From Pseudobdellovibrionaceae bacterium (GTDB lineage: Bacteria > Bdellovibrionota > Bdellovibrionia > Bdellovibrionales > Bdellovibrionaceae): a stretch of 14,800 nt of DNA. Both the position numbers and the translations under genes were made by a program. Shown here one piece after another: positions 6,591 to 14,800 of this stretch (within the stretch, counting starts at the first letter, position 1; each line of letters starts with the position of its first letter). The DNA lies in assembly GCA_044359815.1 (NCBI GenBank), contig JBIKLL010000068.1:1-14800 (forward strand). Direction: 5' to 3'. A model generated the notes under the pieces. The model did not search any database. It was not told where the DNA came from and worked only from the letters and a program-made list of their open reading frames with translations.

Positions 6591-8477
6591 TTAGGAAGCC
6601 TTCACTCCAGACTTTTTGATGTTTTGAAATCTGACTTCAATGCAGGTGTTTTTAAATTCACGGTTAATAAAAATGTTGGCTTTGTGTTGATCCAAAATCC
6701 CCTTGGTAATTGATAGACCCAGTCCCGTGCCTTCGCCCACATTTTTTGTGGTGAAAAAAGGTTGAAACATTTTGTTTTCGGTATCCTCTGAAATCCCACC
6801 ACCAGAATCTTGCACTCTTAATATTGGATTTTCACCAATCATCGAAACACTGACCTTAACCCAACGATCATTTAAATCCTTAACGGCATCGATTGCGTTG
6901 TTAATTAAATTCACCAACACCTGCTCGATTTCAACCCCGTCACAAAAAATCTGAACTGTTTTATCCAGCTCCACACTGACTGGTGTCGAATGTCTTTTGG
7001 ATTTTAAATCTGTTAACACCATTGATTCAGTCACCAAATCAGCCAAGTTTTCAATTTTATATTCTTGAGCCCCCGTACTGCGCGAAAATTTACTGAGGCC
7101 CTTTACGATTTTTTCAATCCTTGCGGTGGCTTTGGTGACGGCCTCAAGCTTGGATAAAAACTTGTCAGGAATGTCTTTGTATTTATTCAACAGCGGAATA
7201 TTTCCCACGATGATTGCCAGTGGGTTATTAATTTCGTGAGCCACCCCTGCTGACATTTCACCTAATGATGCGAGCTTTGAATTGTGCAAAGCCTTAGCGC
7301 GCTCTTGCTGCAAACTTGCTTCCATCATGACTTCTTTGGTTTTGTCCCAATTAATCCCGTACATCATCAAAGGCTCGCCCTTGTCATTTCTGACCACAGT
7401 TCCCCGCCCACCAATTTGTTTGCGTTTTTTTGATGGAGTGATGATTTCAAATGTTGTGTTAAATTCTTTTTCGCCACTTAAAGCCAATCCCAATTCCTTA
7501 ACAGCTTCAGCCTTGGCTTCAGGACTGAGTGAACTTTCCCAAGCCTGATAGTGACCATTGAATTTGGCTTCATCCAGTTCGTACAGCAAATACATTGATT
7601 TATCCCAATGCAAATCCTGAGTGACAGGATTGAATTTCCAAATCCCTATACCCATGGCATCCAAAATAAACCGATTTTGTTCCTGCAGCGATACCAGATC
7701 CGTCAGATCCTGACATGTTCCCGTCACACAGATCGCATTACCAGCAGAAGATTTAGAAACTTTGCCGATACCCTGCACATACTTAATCCGTTTACCCCCA
7801 TCAAAATAGACCCGGTGATTGTAAACAAAGTCTTCCCCGTGAGTTAATGCTCTTTCTAGCACCAAATTCATTCTGGGATGATCATCTGGATGGATTCTGT
7901 CTGCGTACATTTTAAATAGGTCTTGTGATTTCTGAGGCTCGGGGATTTCAAAAATCTTGTAATGTTCAGAGGTCCAGGTCAGTTCCTTGGTCTTTAAATC
8001 GAATCTCCAGCTGCCAATCTTGGCAATCGATTGAGCATTGGCCAAAATTTCGCTTCTCAATTTCTGCTCTGTGATATCAGCAAAAGTCGTCAGACAAAGT
8101 CTTTCACTATCCACTACAATGGGACTGGAATTAATCTTGATCCATTTGATGTGTCCGGTTTTAAATTGCAAACCCATAACTACCCCACGCACAGGCTTGC
8201 CGGTTTTTAGACAAACCATGGCTGGGTGGGATTCACCCGGAAAATCCTCACCTTCTTCAGTCACAGCCATCCATCTGGGGTCCGCTGAAGTTCTGCCTAA
8301 AATTTCATTTTCAGTTAACGCCAAAATTTCCAGGGCTGCCTTGTTAAAGCTGATGATTTGGCCAGACATATTTTGGATCACTAAGCCTTCGCTGATGTTT
8401 TCAAGCAAGGTTTCATATTTTAACTGGTAGGAGCTTTTTTCTGTGTTGTTCATTCTGACTGCTTTCTGAGTACGCAT
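6591..8477 (-). CDS. Cytoplasmic PAS-domain sensor histidine kinase (3 PAS/PAC, HisKA, HATPase_c)
   Basis: PAS signatures (FNKAALEIL, AKIGSWRFD..IHPDD, GIGIWKF); H-box GVAHEINNPL; N-box QVLVNLINNAIDA; DSGGGI, FQPFFTTK, GTGLGLS. No TM or receiver domain. AGAGG SD. Confidence 0.95.
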   Translation of the reverse strand: MRTQKAVRMNNTEKSSYQLKYETLLENISEGLVIQNMSGQIISFNKAALEILALTENEILGRTSADPRWMAVTEEGEDFPGESHPAMVCLKTGKPVRGVVMGLQFKTGHIKWIKINSSPIVVDSERLCLTTFADITEQKLRSEILANAQSIAKIGSWRFDLKTKELTWTSEHYKIFEIPEPQKSQDLFKMYADRIHPDDHPRMNLVLERALTHGEDFVYNHRVYFDGGKRIKYVQGIGKVSKSSAGNAICVTGTCQDLTDLVSLQEQNRFILDAMGIGIWKFNPVTQDLHWDKSMYLLYELDEAKFNGHYQAWESSLSPEAKAEAVKELGLALSGEKEFNTTFEIITPSKKRKQIGGRGTVVRNDKGEPLMMYGINWDKTKEVMMEASLQQERAKALHNSKLASLGEMSAGVAHEINNPLAIIVGNIPLLNKYKDIPDKFLSKLEAVTKATARIEKIVKGLSKFSRSTGAQEYKIENLADLVTESMVLTDLKSKRHSTPVSVELDKTVQIFCDGVEIEQVLVNLINNAIDAVKDLNDRWVKVSVSMIGENPILRVQDSGGGISEDTENKMFQPFFTTKNVGEGTGLGLSITKGILDQHKANIFINREFKNTCIEVRFQNIKKSGVKAS

Positions 8478-8497
8478 CGCCTCTAGTGCAAATTCTA

Positions 8498-8526
8498 ATC
8501 TTAAAAACGCTTTTCAAAGATGGCAA
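8498..8526 (-). promoter_or_regulatory. Sigma70-like promoter of the histidine kinase
   Basis: Minus strand TTGCCA-N17-TAAGAT, 20 nt upstream of the start codon. Confidence 0.5.
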
Positions 8527-8719
8527 ATCAAAATCGAACACCAATGATGCCAGGCAGGGACAATGACCCAGGTGGACTGTGACCATGGCCCATAGCCATG
8601 AATTTTGATTAACAACAGGCTTCTGGACCAGAATCTAGATGACATCTGCAGGTCAATTATCGCATTGTTGTTTTTTAATTCTAATTTTAATTTATCGCTT
8701 TATTTAACGACGGAAAATT

Positions 8720-10348
8720 ATGATTTCACTCAATAGCGTTACCAAACAATACGGCACCAAAATTTTATTTAAAAATGCCAGTTTTCAGATCAACCCATCA
8801 GACAAAATAGGCCTTGTAGGCCCCAATGGAAATGGCAAAACCACCATTTTTAGAATGATTATGAATGAAGAAGGCTATGATTCTGGGTCCATTACTCGTC
8901 CTGATAAACTGCGGGTGGGATTTTTTAAACAGGATATAGAAACCATGTCTGGCAAAACGGTGCTGGAAGAAGTCAAATCCAGTATTCCCGAACTGAATGC
9001 AGTTTCCGCTGAGTTGAAATTTTGCGAACAAAAACTGTGTGAACCCATGTCTGATGACGAAATGGCAAAAATTTTAGAGCGTCTTGGAAATGCGCAATCA
9101 GAATTCGAAATTTTAGGTGGTTACGATATTGAATCCAGGGCTTCTGAGGTTTTGTCTGGCCTGGGATTTTCAAAAGATGACCAGCAAAGGGACACGGGAG
9201 CCTACTCTGGCGGTTGGAAAATGCGCATAGCTCTGGCTAAAATTTTAACCTACAAGCCAGATGTTTTAATGATGGATGAGCCCACCAATCATTTGGATTT
9301 GGAAAGCATTATTTGGCTGGAAAATTGGCTGCGTGAATACAAGGGCGCCATCATAATGACTTCGCACGACCGTGAATTTATGAATCGCTTGGTTTCAAAA
9401 ATTGTTGAAGTTAATCATCAGAAGATCACAACCTACAGTGGTAATTATGATTTTTATTACCGCGAAAAGGAGCTTCGCAAAACACAATTGCAAGCCTCTG
9501 CTCAAAGGCAGGAGGACATGCTGGCCAAGGAACAAGAATTTATTTCCAGATTTGCGGCTCGCGCCAGCCATGCAGCCCAAGTTCAATCCAGAGTTAAAAA
9601 AATTGAAAAAATCGAACGCATCGAACTGATTGCAGACGACGTCGTGCCTGATTTTGAATGGCCCACCCCACCCCGTGGCGGTGACGAAGTCGTCAAATTT
9701 GAAAATCTGGGCAAAACATACAATCTGGAAAACGGAAAATCAAAACTGGTATTTTCTGGCGCTACTGGATTGGTCAAGCGTTTGGACAGAATTTCCGTCG
9801 TCGGCATCAATGGCGCTGGGAAGTCCACTTTGTTAAAAATTATCTCGGGCCAACTGAAAGATTTTGATGGCAAACTGCAAATGGGTTCATCAACACAGAT
9901 GGGTTATTTTTCGCAAAATTCAATGGATCTGCTAAATCCCAACAACACTGTTTTAGAGGAAGTTCAATCAGTGATCCCGACTCAGACCTTGGGTTATGTC
10001 AGGAATTTATTGGGCGCCCTGTTGTTTTCAGGGGATTCAGTTGAAAAGAAAATCAAGTTTTTATCAGGTGGTGAAAAATCCAGAGTGGTGTTGGCCACCA
10101 TATTAGCAAAGCCCATAAATTTTTTGGTTATGGACGAGCCCACCAATCATTTGGACATTGGAACCCGCGAGGTCTTGTTAAACGCGATCAAGAAATTTGA
10201 TGGAACTGTTATGATCGTCAGCCATGACAGACATTTTCTGCATGAAATCACAACAAAAGTATTTGAGTTAGATCAAAACAGATTGTTAATCACCGAGGGA
10301 AATTTGGATTATTATATGGAGAAAAAAGTTCGGGAGGTTATCCGATAA
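8720..10348 (+). CDS. ABC-F family ribosome-associated ATPase (YheS/YbiT/YdiF-like)
   Basis: Two NBDs (GPNGNGKTT / SGGW / DEPTNHLD and GINGAGKST / LSGGE / DEPTNHLD), arm insertion, GNYDFY plus helical linker, no TM segments. Confidence 0.95.
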   Translation: MISLNSVTKQYGTKILFKNASFQINPSDKIGLVGPNGNGKTTIFRMIMNEEGYDSGSITRPDKLRVGFFKQDIETMSGKTVLEEVKSSIPELNAVSAELKFCEQKLCEPMSDDEMAKILERLGNAQSEFEILGGYDIESRASEVLSGLGFSKDDQQRDTGAYSGGWKMRIALAKILTYKPDVLMMDEPTNHLDLESIIWLENWLREYKGAIIMTSHDREFMNRLVSKIVEVNHQKITTYSGNYDFYYREKELRKTQLQASAQRQEDMLAKEQEFISRFAARASHAAQVQSRVKKIEKIERIELIADDVVPDFEWPTPPRGGDEVVKFENLGKTYNLENGKSKLVFSGATGLVKRLDRISVVGINGAGKSTLLKIISGQLKDFDGKLQMGSSTQMGYFSQNSMDLLNPNNTVLEEVQSVIPTQTLGYVRNLLGALLFSGDSVEKKIKFLSGGEKSRVVLATILAKPINFLVMDEPTNHLDIGTREVLLNAIKKFDGTVMIVSHDRHFLHEITTKVFELDQNRLLITEGNLDYYMEKKVREVIR

Positions 10349-10357
10349 CCTCCCGAA
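10329..10357. terminator. Strong hairpin overlapping the ABC-F stop codon
   Basis: TTCGGGAGGTTAT-CCG-ATAACCTCCCGAA, a perfect 13-bp stem. On the minus strand it is followed by a T-tract (plus-strand A-run 10322-10327), which fits termination of the convergent lipoprotein gene. Confidence 0.7.
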
Positions 10358-10394
10358 GAGTGAATCATGCCCTTAGTACCACTAGTTTTATATT

Positions 10395-11267
10395 TTAATA
10401 AGCTTCCAGATTAAACTGACGTCTTTCCCATCCGCAATAAACTGTTCCATTTGGACTGTAAGTACATCTCATGCAGTATTGTGGGATCGAAGCCGAACAC
10501 ATCATTGGAGGCAATGGATCAAAAGGATCTATTTCGCCATTCGAACCACCGGTCGTTCCACCAACTGTTCCGCCAGTTGAACCACCACCATCAGCGCCAC
10601 CAGTCGTTCCACCAACTATTCCGCCAGTCGAACCACCACCATCAGCGCCACCAGTCGTTCCACCAACAGTTCCGCCAGTCGAACCACCACCGTCAGCGCC
10701 ACCAGTCGTTCCACCAATAGTTCCGCCAGTCGAACCACCTCCATCAGCGCCACCAGTCGTTCCACCAACTGTTCCGCCAGTTGAACCGCCACCATCAGCG
10801 CCACCAGTCGTTCCACCAACTGTTCCGCCACCATCAGCGCCGCCAGTCGTACCACCAACTGTTCCGCCAGTCGAACCACCACCATCAGCGCCACCAGTTG
10901 AACCACCACCAGTCGTACCGCCAACTGTTCCGCCAGTCGAACCACCACCAGTAGGAGGATTAGTAATTGAAGCTGTATAACCAGCCATACATTCTATAAA
11001 ATCCTGGTGATCAATGTCGATTTTGACTCCATTGATATAGCAATTTACGATAAACCCATTGGCATCGAGATCAGCTGTGTAAACTCGATCACCAGTGGAA
11101 GAGATTGAATAAACTCCTTCTGACACTACAAGAGCTGCGGGAGAATTACTGTCAGCAATCAGAGACGCATCTCCATTAATAAAAGGAGTGTTACAGTTTT
11201 GAAATAGCACCACCAACATTATCCAGGTTAAAAATACCGTCGCTTTTTGATACGTCCCAGACTTCAT
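10395..11267 (-). CDS. Gly/Thr-rich repeat lipoprotein (290 aa) with small Cys-containing terminal domains
   Basis: Start moved to ATG 11267 (GGGAGG SD); MKSGTYQK...LVVLFQN-C lipoprotein signal; GGGSTGGTVGGTTGGAD repeats; C-terminal 4-Cys mini-domain. Confidence 0.82.
   Translation of the reverse strand: MKSGTYQKATVFLTWIMLVVLFQNCNTPFINGDASLIADSNSPAALVVSEGVYSISSTGDRVYTADLDANGFIVNCYINGVKIDIDHQDFIECMAGYTASITNPPTGGGSTGGTVGGTTGGGSTGGADGGGSTGGTVGGTTGGADGGGTVGGTTGGADGGGSTGGTVGGTTGGADGGGSTGGTIGGTTGGADGGGSTGGTVGGTTGGADGGGSTGGIVGGTTGGADGGGSTGGTVGGTTGGSNGEIDPFDPLPPMMCSASIPQYCMRCTYSPNGTVYCGWERRQFNLEAY
10542..10952 (-). repeat. Coding tandem repeat, 51-bp unit (about 9 full or partial copies)
   Basis: Plus-strand unit ...CCATCAGCGCCACCAGTCGTTCCACCAACTGTTCCGCCAGTCGAACCACCA...; truncated units are in-frame deletions. 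Confidence 0.95.
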
Positions 11268-11294
11268 AAGTCCTCCCAACATAACCTCATACAA

Positions 11295-11324
11295 AGCAAT
11301 CGGCATGCCGCGGTTAAAACTTGT
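11295..11324 (-). promoter_or_regulatory. Overlapping sigma28-like and sigma54-like promoter motifs upstream of the Gly/Thr lipoprotein
   Basis: Minus strand ACAAG-N15-GCCGATTG (FliA-like) and CGGCAT-GCCGA-TTGCT (GG-N10-GC, sigma54-like). Confidence 0.5.
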
Positions 11325-11427
11325 ATACATATGTACGGTGTCCAAACATATGACTAAACCTCTGATTTTGTACTTACACTTAGACATTTTAATTTGAGGC
11401 ACTGATTCATTATGGTATACGCAACCC

Positions 11428-12249
11428 ATGAAAAAAACTGAATATGTTCTGGGTACAGGTATCGATGAGCTTGAACGATTGGCCATACAACACAGGATTT
11501 GGGCTGATGCCACCGTGATGTCTTGGAAACGTGCAGGCATTAGCCCTGGGTGTACCGTTTTGGACTTAGGCAGCGGCCCCGGCCACGCTACCTTTGATTT
11601 AGCTCAACTGGTTACTCATCACGGTAAAATAATTGCCTTTGATGAATCAGAATCATTTATGTCATTTGTTAAAGCTGAAGCCGATCGCAGAAATCTGTCT
11701 CAGATTGAAACGCAAATCGGTGACGTTCACAATTTAACCGCCAGTTTTCCTGAACCAATCTTTGACTATATATATTGTCGATGGGTTTTATGTTGGCTCA
11801 AGCATCCAGAAAAAGCCATCCAAGGCATGATGAAGGTTTTAAAACCAGGTGGCAAAGTTATCATCCACGATTATTTTAACTGGAAAACCATGACCATTGC
11901 CCCCAGATCAAAATACCTGGATATGGTCATTGATAAAACCATAGAAACTTTCAATGAAAGAGGTGGTGATATTGATGTAGCGGCCAGATTACCCAGTCTG
12001 TTGAAAGAATCAGGATTTAGTCTGCAGCATTTTGATACACATCAAAGAGTTGCTCAGGGCGGGGGCAAAGACTCAACAATTTATTGGCCCATAACATGGT
12101 GGAAAACTTTTGCACCCAAACTGGTAGACAGCAAAAAACTTTCAGCCAATGATTGCGAAAAAGCCTTACAGGATTTAGATACCCTGGCTCTAGACGAAAC
12201 CAAATTTTACGTCTGCCCCACGGTTTACGAATTTATTGCACAGAAGTGA
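11428..12249 (+). CDS. Class I SAM-dependent methyltransferase
   Basis: Motif I VLDLGSGPG, acidic end of beta2 (IAFD), GDV, FDYIYCRWVL, LKPGGKVII; N-terminal Y.LG....E..RL..Q. Confidence 0.92.
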   Translation: MKKTEYVLGTGIDELERLAIQHRIWADATVMSWKRAGISPGCTVLDLGSGPGHATFDLAQLVTHHGKIIAFDESESFMSFVKAEADRRNLSQIETQIGDVHNLTASFPEPIFDYIYCRWVLCWLKHPEKAIQGMMKVLKPGGKVIIHDYFNWKTMTIAPRSKYLDMVIDKTIETFNERGGDIDVAARLPSLLKESGFSLQHFDTHQRVAQGGGKDSTIYWPITWWKTFAPKLVDSKKLSANDCEKALQDLDTLALDETKFYVCPTVYEFIAQK

Positions 12250-13942
12250 TGTTTTCAATCCGCGACAGAGCTTTGTCTATGGCCTGAGCCACGACCAGTT
12301 TTCTTTTGTTAGCCATCCAACCAGAATTTTCGGCCCTGATTTTCATCAATGCAGGTTTTGCATTGGGATCTTCCAGATGGCTTAGTGCTAATATTCCCGA
12401 ATCCCTCAGTTGGTCTTGATCTGATTCAATCAGCTCCATAATTCTTGGCAATGCGGCCTCGCCCATTCGCCCCAGCGTCTGGTCACACCAAGTTCTGACT
12501 TCTAGATCGGGATCCTTGGCGCATTCAGCGACAGTCTCCAGAGTTTCCTGAACCATTCTTGGCTTCATTTCTGCAATGCTTTTGGCAGCGACATTTCGTT
12601 TAAGCAATGTGGGATTTTTCAGCTCTTTCAGCACAGCCATGTAACCCATGTCCTCCATGCACTCTAGGGATTTGATGGCTTCATCATTGCGATCACCATT
12701 AGTGATGGTTGAAATCAATATATGGATATTGGCTTCGGTCACAGCGTTTTGTCTGACGTTTTTAGGAAGAGCACAGATCATAGAAATCGCTTGAGCTTTG
12801 TTTGGAGAAGTTTCAGCTAAATTGCTGTTCACGTATTCTGTGACTGTTTCCAGATGCCGCAAATTTTCCACCAAAATTTTTGAAGCCTTACTGCTGGCGT
12901 TGGGATTATCCAATAAATTCTTTAACCTGGTATTGGCGGACTTTCGTTCTTCTTCACCCAAATAACTCAAAATCGAAACTGAAGCATCCATGACCTCTAT
13001 GGTTTCTTTTTCGTTCAGTCTTTTTACCAATAAATAGGCAATGCGCTTGACGTCCTCGATCCCAAATTTTGGCATGGCTCTGATTGAAGCCGCTCGGACC
13101 AACGGGCTTTCGTGATCCACCATCAGCTTTGCCAATTTTGGCAATGCAATGACTGATTTCAGATCAGAACATTTGACGGCCTTCACCGCCCAATAGGCCA
13201 CATCTTCAGTTGATGTTGGAACCAAAGCCGCGCTGATTGTTTTATTAAGCTCACTGCAAGCTCTTTTGGCATCAATGGCGTCTTTAAAAGTTTTTGCTAA
13301 TTCATTTTCAGCCACAGGTTCGCGCTTTTCAGTTTCACTAGGCTTTTTGATTTCAGTTTCAGGCAGGGCTTCGGTATCAGCAACCTTGACCCTGGTAAAT
13401 TCAGGCAAGCTGGCTTGATAGGCCGTGAGAGAATTATCACCAATGTAAACGGCCACAGCGATGACCAAATAAAACACTGGCAAGGTCAAAAACATCGCCG
13501 TCATCCGAATAAATGTAACCCTAGATGACCAAACTAAAATGGGCCCAATCAAACATCTGATCCCATAAAATAAGCAAAACGAATAAATAACTGGCAAAAT
13601 TATCCCGGCACAAATCAGCGGAACCCAACTGAGCTGACCAAATAAATAAAATCCATAGGCGATCAAAGCCACGATCAACGCCTGAACAAGCCACATCAAT
13701 TGATTGCGCCTGACAGACTGAGGGATTGAATCTGCAATCCAAATCCCTGCTTTGCTCATAGTTATCAAATTAGAGTACAAGCACAGTAATGCCAAACCCC
13801 CGACAATCATTTCGACAAAAGGGTCCTCGTGGCGGTTCCAACCAAAATGCACTCCACCAACAATGATGGCTCCGACAATGCCTAAAAATAAAAAAAACCA
13901 CGGAGCAATCAGATATCTTAAGATTTTCATTTTCATAGTCAT
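12233..13942 (-). CDS. Membrane protein with about 5 N-terminal TM helices and a large HEAT/ARM-repeat C-terminal domain
   Basis: Five hydrophobic segments in the first ~170 aa; HEAT-like units (DHESPLVRAASIRAM, KDPDLEVRTWCDQTLGRMG, DQLRDSGILALSHL). Exact start uncertain (MTMKMK). Confidence 0.82.
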   Translation of the reverse strand: MTMKMKILRYLIAPWFFLFLGIVGAIIVGGVHFGWNRHEDPFVEMIVGGLALLCLYSNLITMSKAGIWIADSIPQSVRRNQLMWLVQALIVALIAYGFYLFGQLSWVPLICAGIILPVIYSFCLFYGIRCLIGPILVWSSRVTFIRMTAMFLTLPVFYLVIAVAVYIGDNSLTAYQASLPEFTRVKVADTEALPETEIKKPSETEKREPVAENELAKTFKDAIDAKRACSELNKTISAALVPTSTEDVAYWAVKAVKCSDLKSVIALPKLAKLMVDHESPLVRAASIRAMPKFGIEDVKRIAYLLVKRLNEKETIEVMDASVSILSYLGEEERKSANTRLKNLLDNPNASSKASKILVENLRHLETVTEYVNSNLAETSPNKAQAISMICALPKNVRQNAVTEANIHILISTITNGDRNDEAIKSLECMEDMGYMAVLKELKNPTLLKRNVAAKSIAEMKPRMVQETLETVAECAKDPDLEVRTWCDQTLGRMGEAALPRIMELIESDQDQLRDSGILALSHLEDPNAKPALMKIRAENSGWMANKRKLVVAQAIDKALSRIENITSVQ

Positions 13943-14072
13943 TTTTTATAAAACTATACTGTGAGCGTCTACCCTTTTTAGCAAAATAGCCTTTAGATAT
14001 TTCATCTGGCCATACTGCGACAAGCACAATCCGGATTGCCGCAAGCTGAACCTGACATTTCAGATAGAATTA

Positions 14073-14699
14073 TTATTTTTGTGCTGAAGTTTTGAATTTA
14101 AATAAATCTAGATGCCCTGATAAAATTTTATGTGCCTGATTCTGTGACATGGATTTAGCCTCTTGCCAAAGATCCTCGTACAGATTGCAGGCTGCCCCCA
14201 CACAAAGTGATGGAAAGGCTCCGTCATCGACTTCTCCGAACGCCACGATATAAAATCGTTCAAATAAATATTTTGTCGCACGATTGTAGGTTGAAGCGAA
14301 AAATTTCCCCTGCAATTCAGAAGCTTTTTTTAATTGCTTGGTCGAAAGTGGCGAATCGCTTAGCAAAATATCATAAATTTTTTCGCTCGCTGCGGGAAGC
14401 GGCTCTTGCCTTAACCCCTCGGTAATTTTAAGTGCCGCCACAAAAGCTTTGCGAGAGAAAAACGTAGCCCTGCCCCGATACCATTTTGTGTAAACGACTT
14501 TTTTACTGTCTGACAGGGACTTCATCAAATGCCACAGGTTTGCGACGTTATCATCGGCGTCCTCATCCCAATCCCACACCATTTTTTTACGTGGAAAAAA
14601 TTCAGACCACAGTGATTTGGGCAGCTTTTGATTTTTAATGGGAAAGACCATCAAAATTCCGTTTTTGTTTATAAACTCTATGGCTCTTTTTTCATTCAT
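14073..14699 (-). CDS. AlkZ-related winged-helix (HTH_42-like) protein
   Basis: A..FI...G...VFP....P.SLW, LW.L...L.....VVY.KW..GRATF.S and a C-terminal wHTH (KIYDILL...PLSTKQLKKA....YNRA...L) pattern recalled from AlkZ-related proteins. Confidence 0.6.
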   Translation of the reverse strand: MNEKRAIEFINKNGILMVFPIKNQKLPKSLWSEFFPRKKMVWDWDEDADDNVANLWHLMKSLSDSKKVVYTKWYRGRATFFSRKAFVAALKITEGLRQEPLPAASEKIYDILLSDSPLSTKQLKKASELQGKFFASTYNRATKYLFERFYIVAFGEVDDGAFPSLCVGAACNLYEDLWQEAKSMSQNQAHKILSGHLDLFKFKTSAQK

Positions 14700-14775
14700 C
14701 AGACCCTTATCCGATTTTCATGTGGACCTTGCAACTGACTTGTAGCATAAAAGCCAGTCTCAACCAGGAGCATCG

Positions 14776-14800
14776 ATGAAACTGATAGTTTTATTTCTGA
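14776..14800 (+). CDS. 5' fragment of a probable exported protein (runs off the window)
   Basis: AGGAG SD at 14766-14770, then ATG AAA CTG ATA GTT TTA TTT CTG (MKLIVLFL), a signal-peptide-like start. Confidence 0.55.

Noticed and set aside
8520..8640. Leader peptide/attenuator (MANQNRTPMMPGRDNDPGGL, short hairpins) upstream of ABC-F, as in antibiotic-resistance ABC-Fs
   Set aside because: No SD, stems of only 6-9 bp, no terminator/antiterminator pair, and the ABC-F looks like a housekeeping type.
10542..10952. Tandem repeat as a CRISPR array
   Set aside because: No unique spacers, unit lengths are multiples of 3, it lies inside a CDS, and there are no cas genes.
10471..10980. Pro/Val-rich plus-strand ORF (also 10451-10720 and 10616-10948)
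   Set aside because: These are shadow frames of the Gly/Thr repeat. The minus-strand frame has the SD and the lipoprotein signal.
11268..11540. N-terminal extension of the Gly/Thr ORF (likewise 1709-1765, 5049-5159, 5750-5821)
   Set aside because: The extensions overlap neighbouring genes or promoters. The downstream ATGs have SDs and/or begin proper signal peptides.
1245..14425. Remaining short ORFs nested in or antisense to the main genes
   Set aside because: No recognisable motifs; they lie within or largely overlap better-supported CDSs.
2148..14800. Prophage or integrative island at tRNA-Ala
   Set aside because: No integrase, phage or conjugation genes, and no third att copy seen. The duplication encloses only 147 bp. 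A distant att outside the window cannot be excluded.

Overview
AT-rich bacterial window. It is most likely Bdellovibrionota, inferred from the FQNC-type lipobox, the Cys-rich exported proteins and the FliA-like motifs. Left to right: (1) a 56-bp near-perfect inverted repeat around a GC-rich core; (2) a minus-strand operon of a small OM beta-barrel, RidA and a YdcF/DUF218 protein; (3) tRNA-Ala(GGC) followed by a 210-bp hairpin-rich tRNA-linked unit that duplicates the tRNA 3' end and terminator; (4) an uncharacterised four-gene envelope operon (lipoprotein, TPR lipoprotein, FadL/TraF/PorV-like barrel, small membrane protein); (5) a Cys-rich secreted protein behind a sigma28-like promoter; (6) an orphan cytoplasmic multi-PAS histidine kinase; (7) an ABC-F ATPase; (8) a Gly/Thr-repeat lipoprotein with overlapping sigma28/sigma54-like motifs; (9) a SAM methyltransferase, a multi-TM HEAT-repeat protein, an AlkZ-related winged-helix protein and the start of a further gene. 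No integrase, transposase or CRISPR array is visible. The best candidates for undescribed biology are the envelope operon, the tRNA-linked element and the long inverted repeat. All family calls come from motif recognition by eye, not from database searches.
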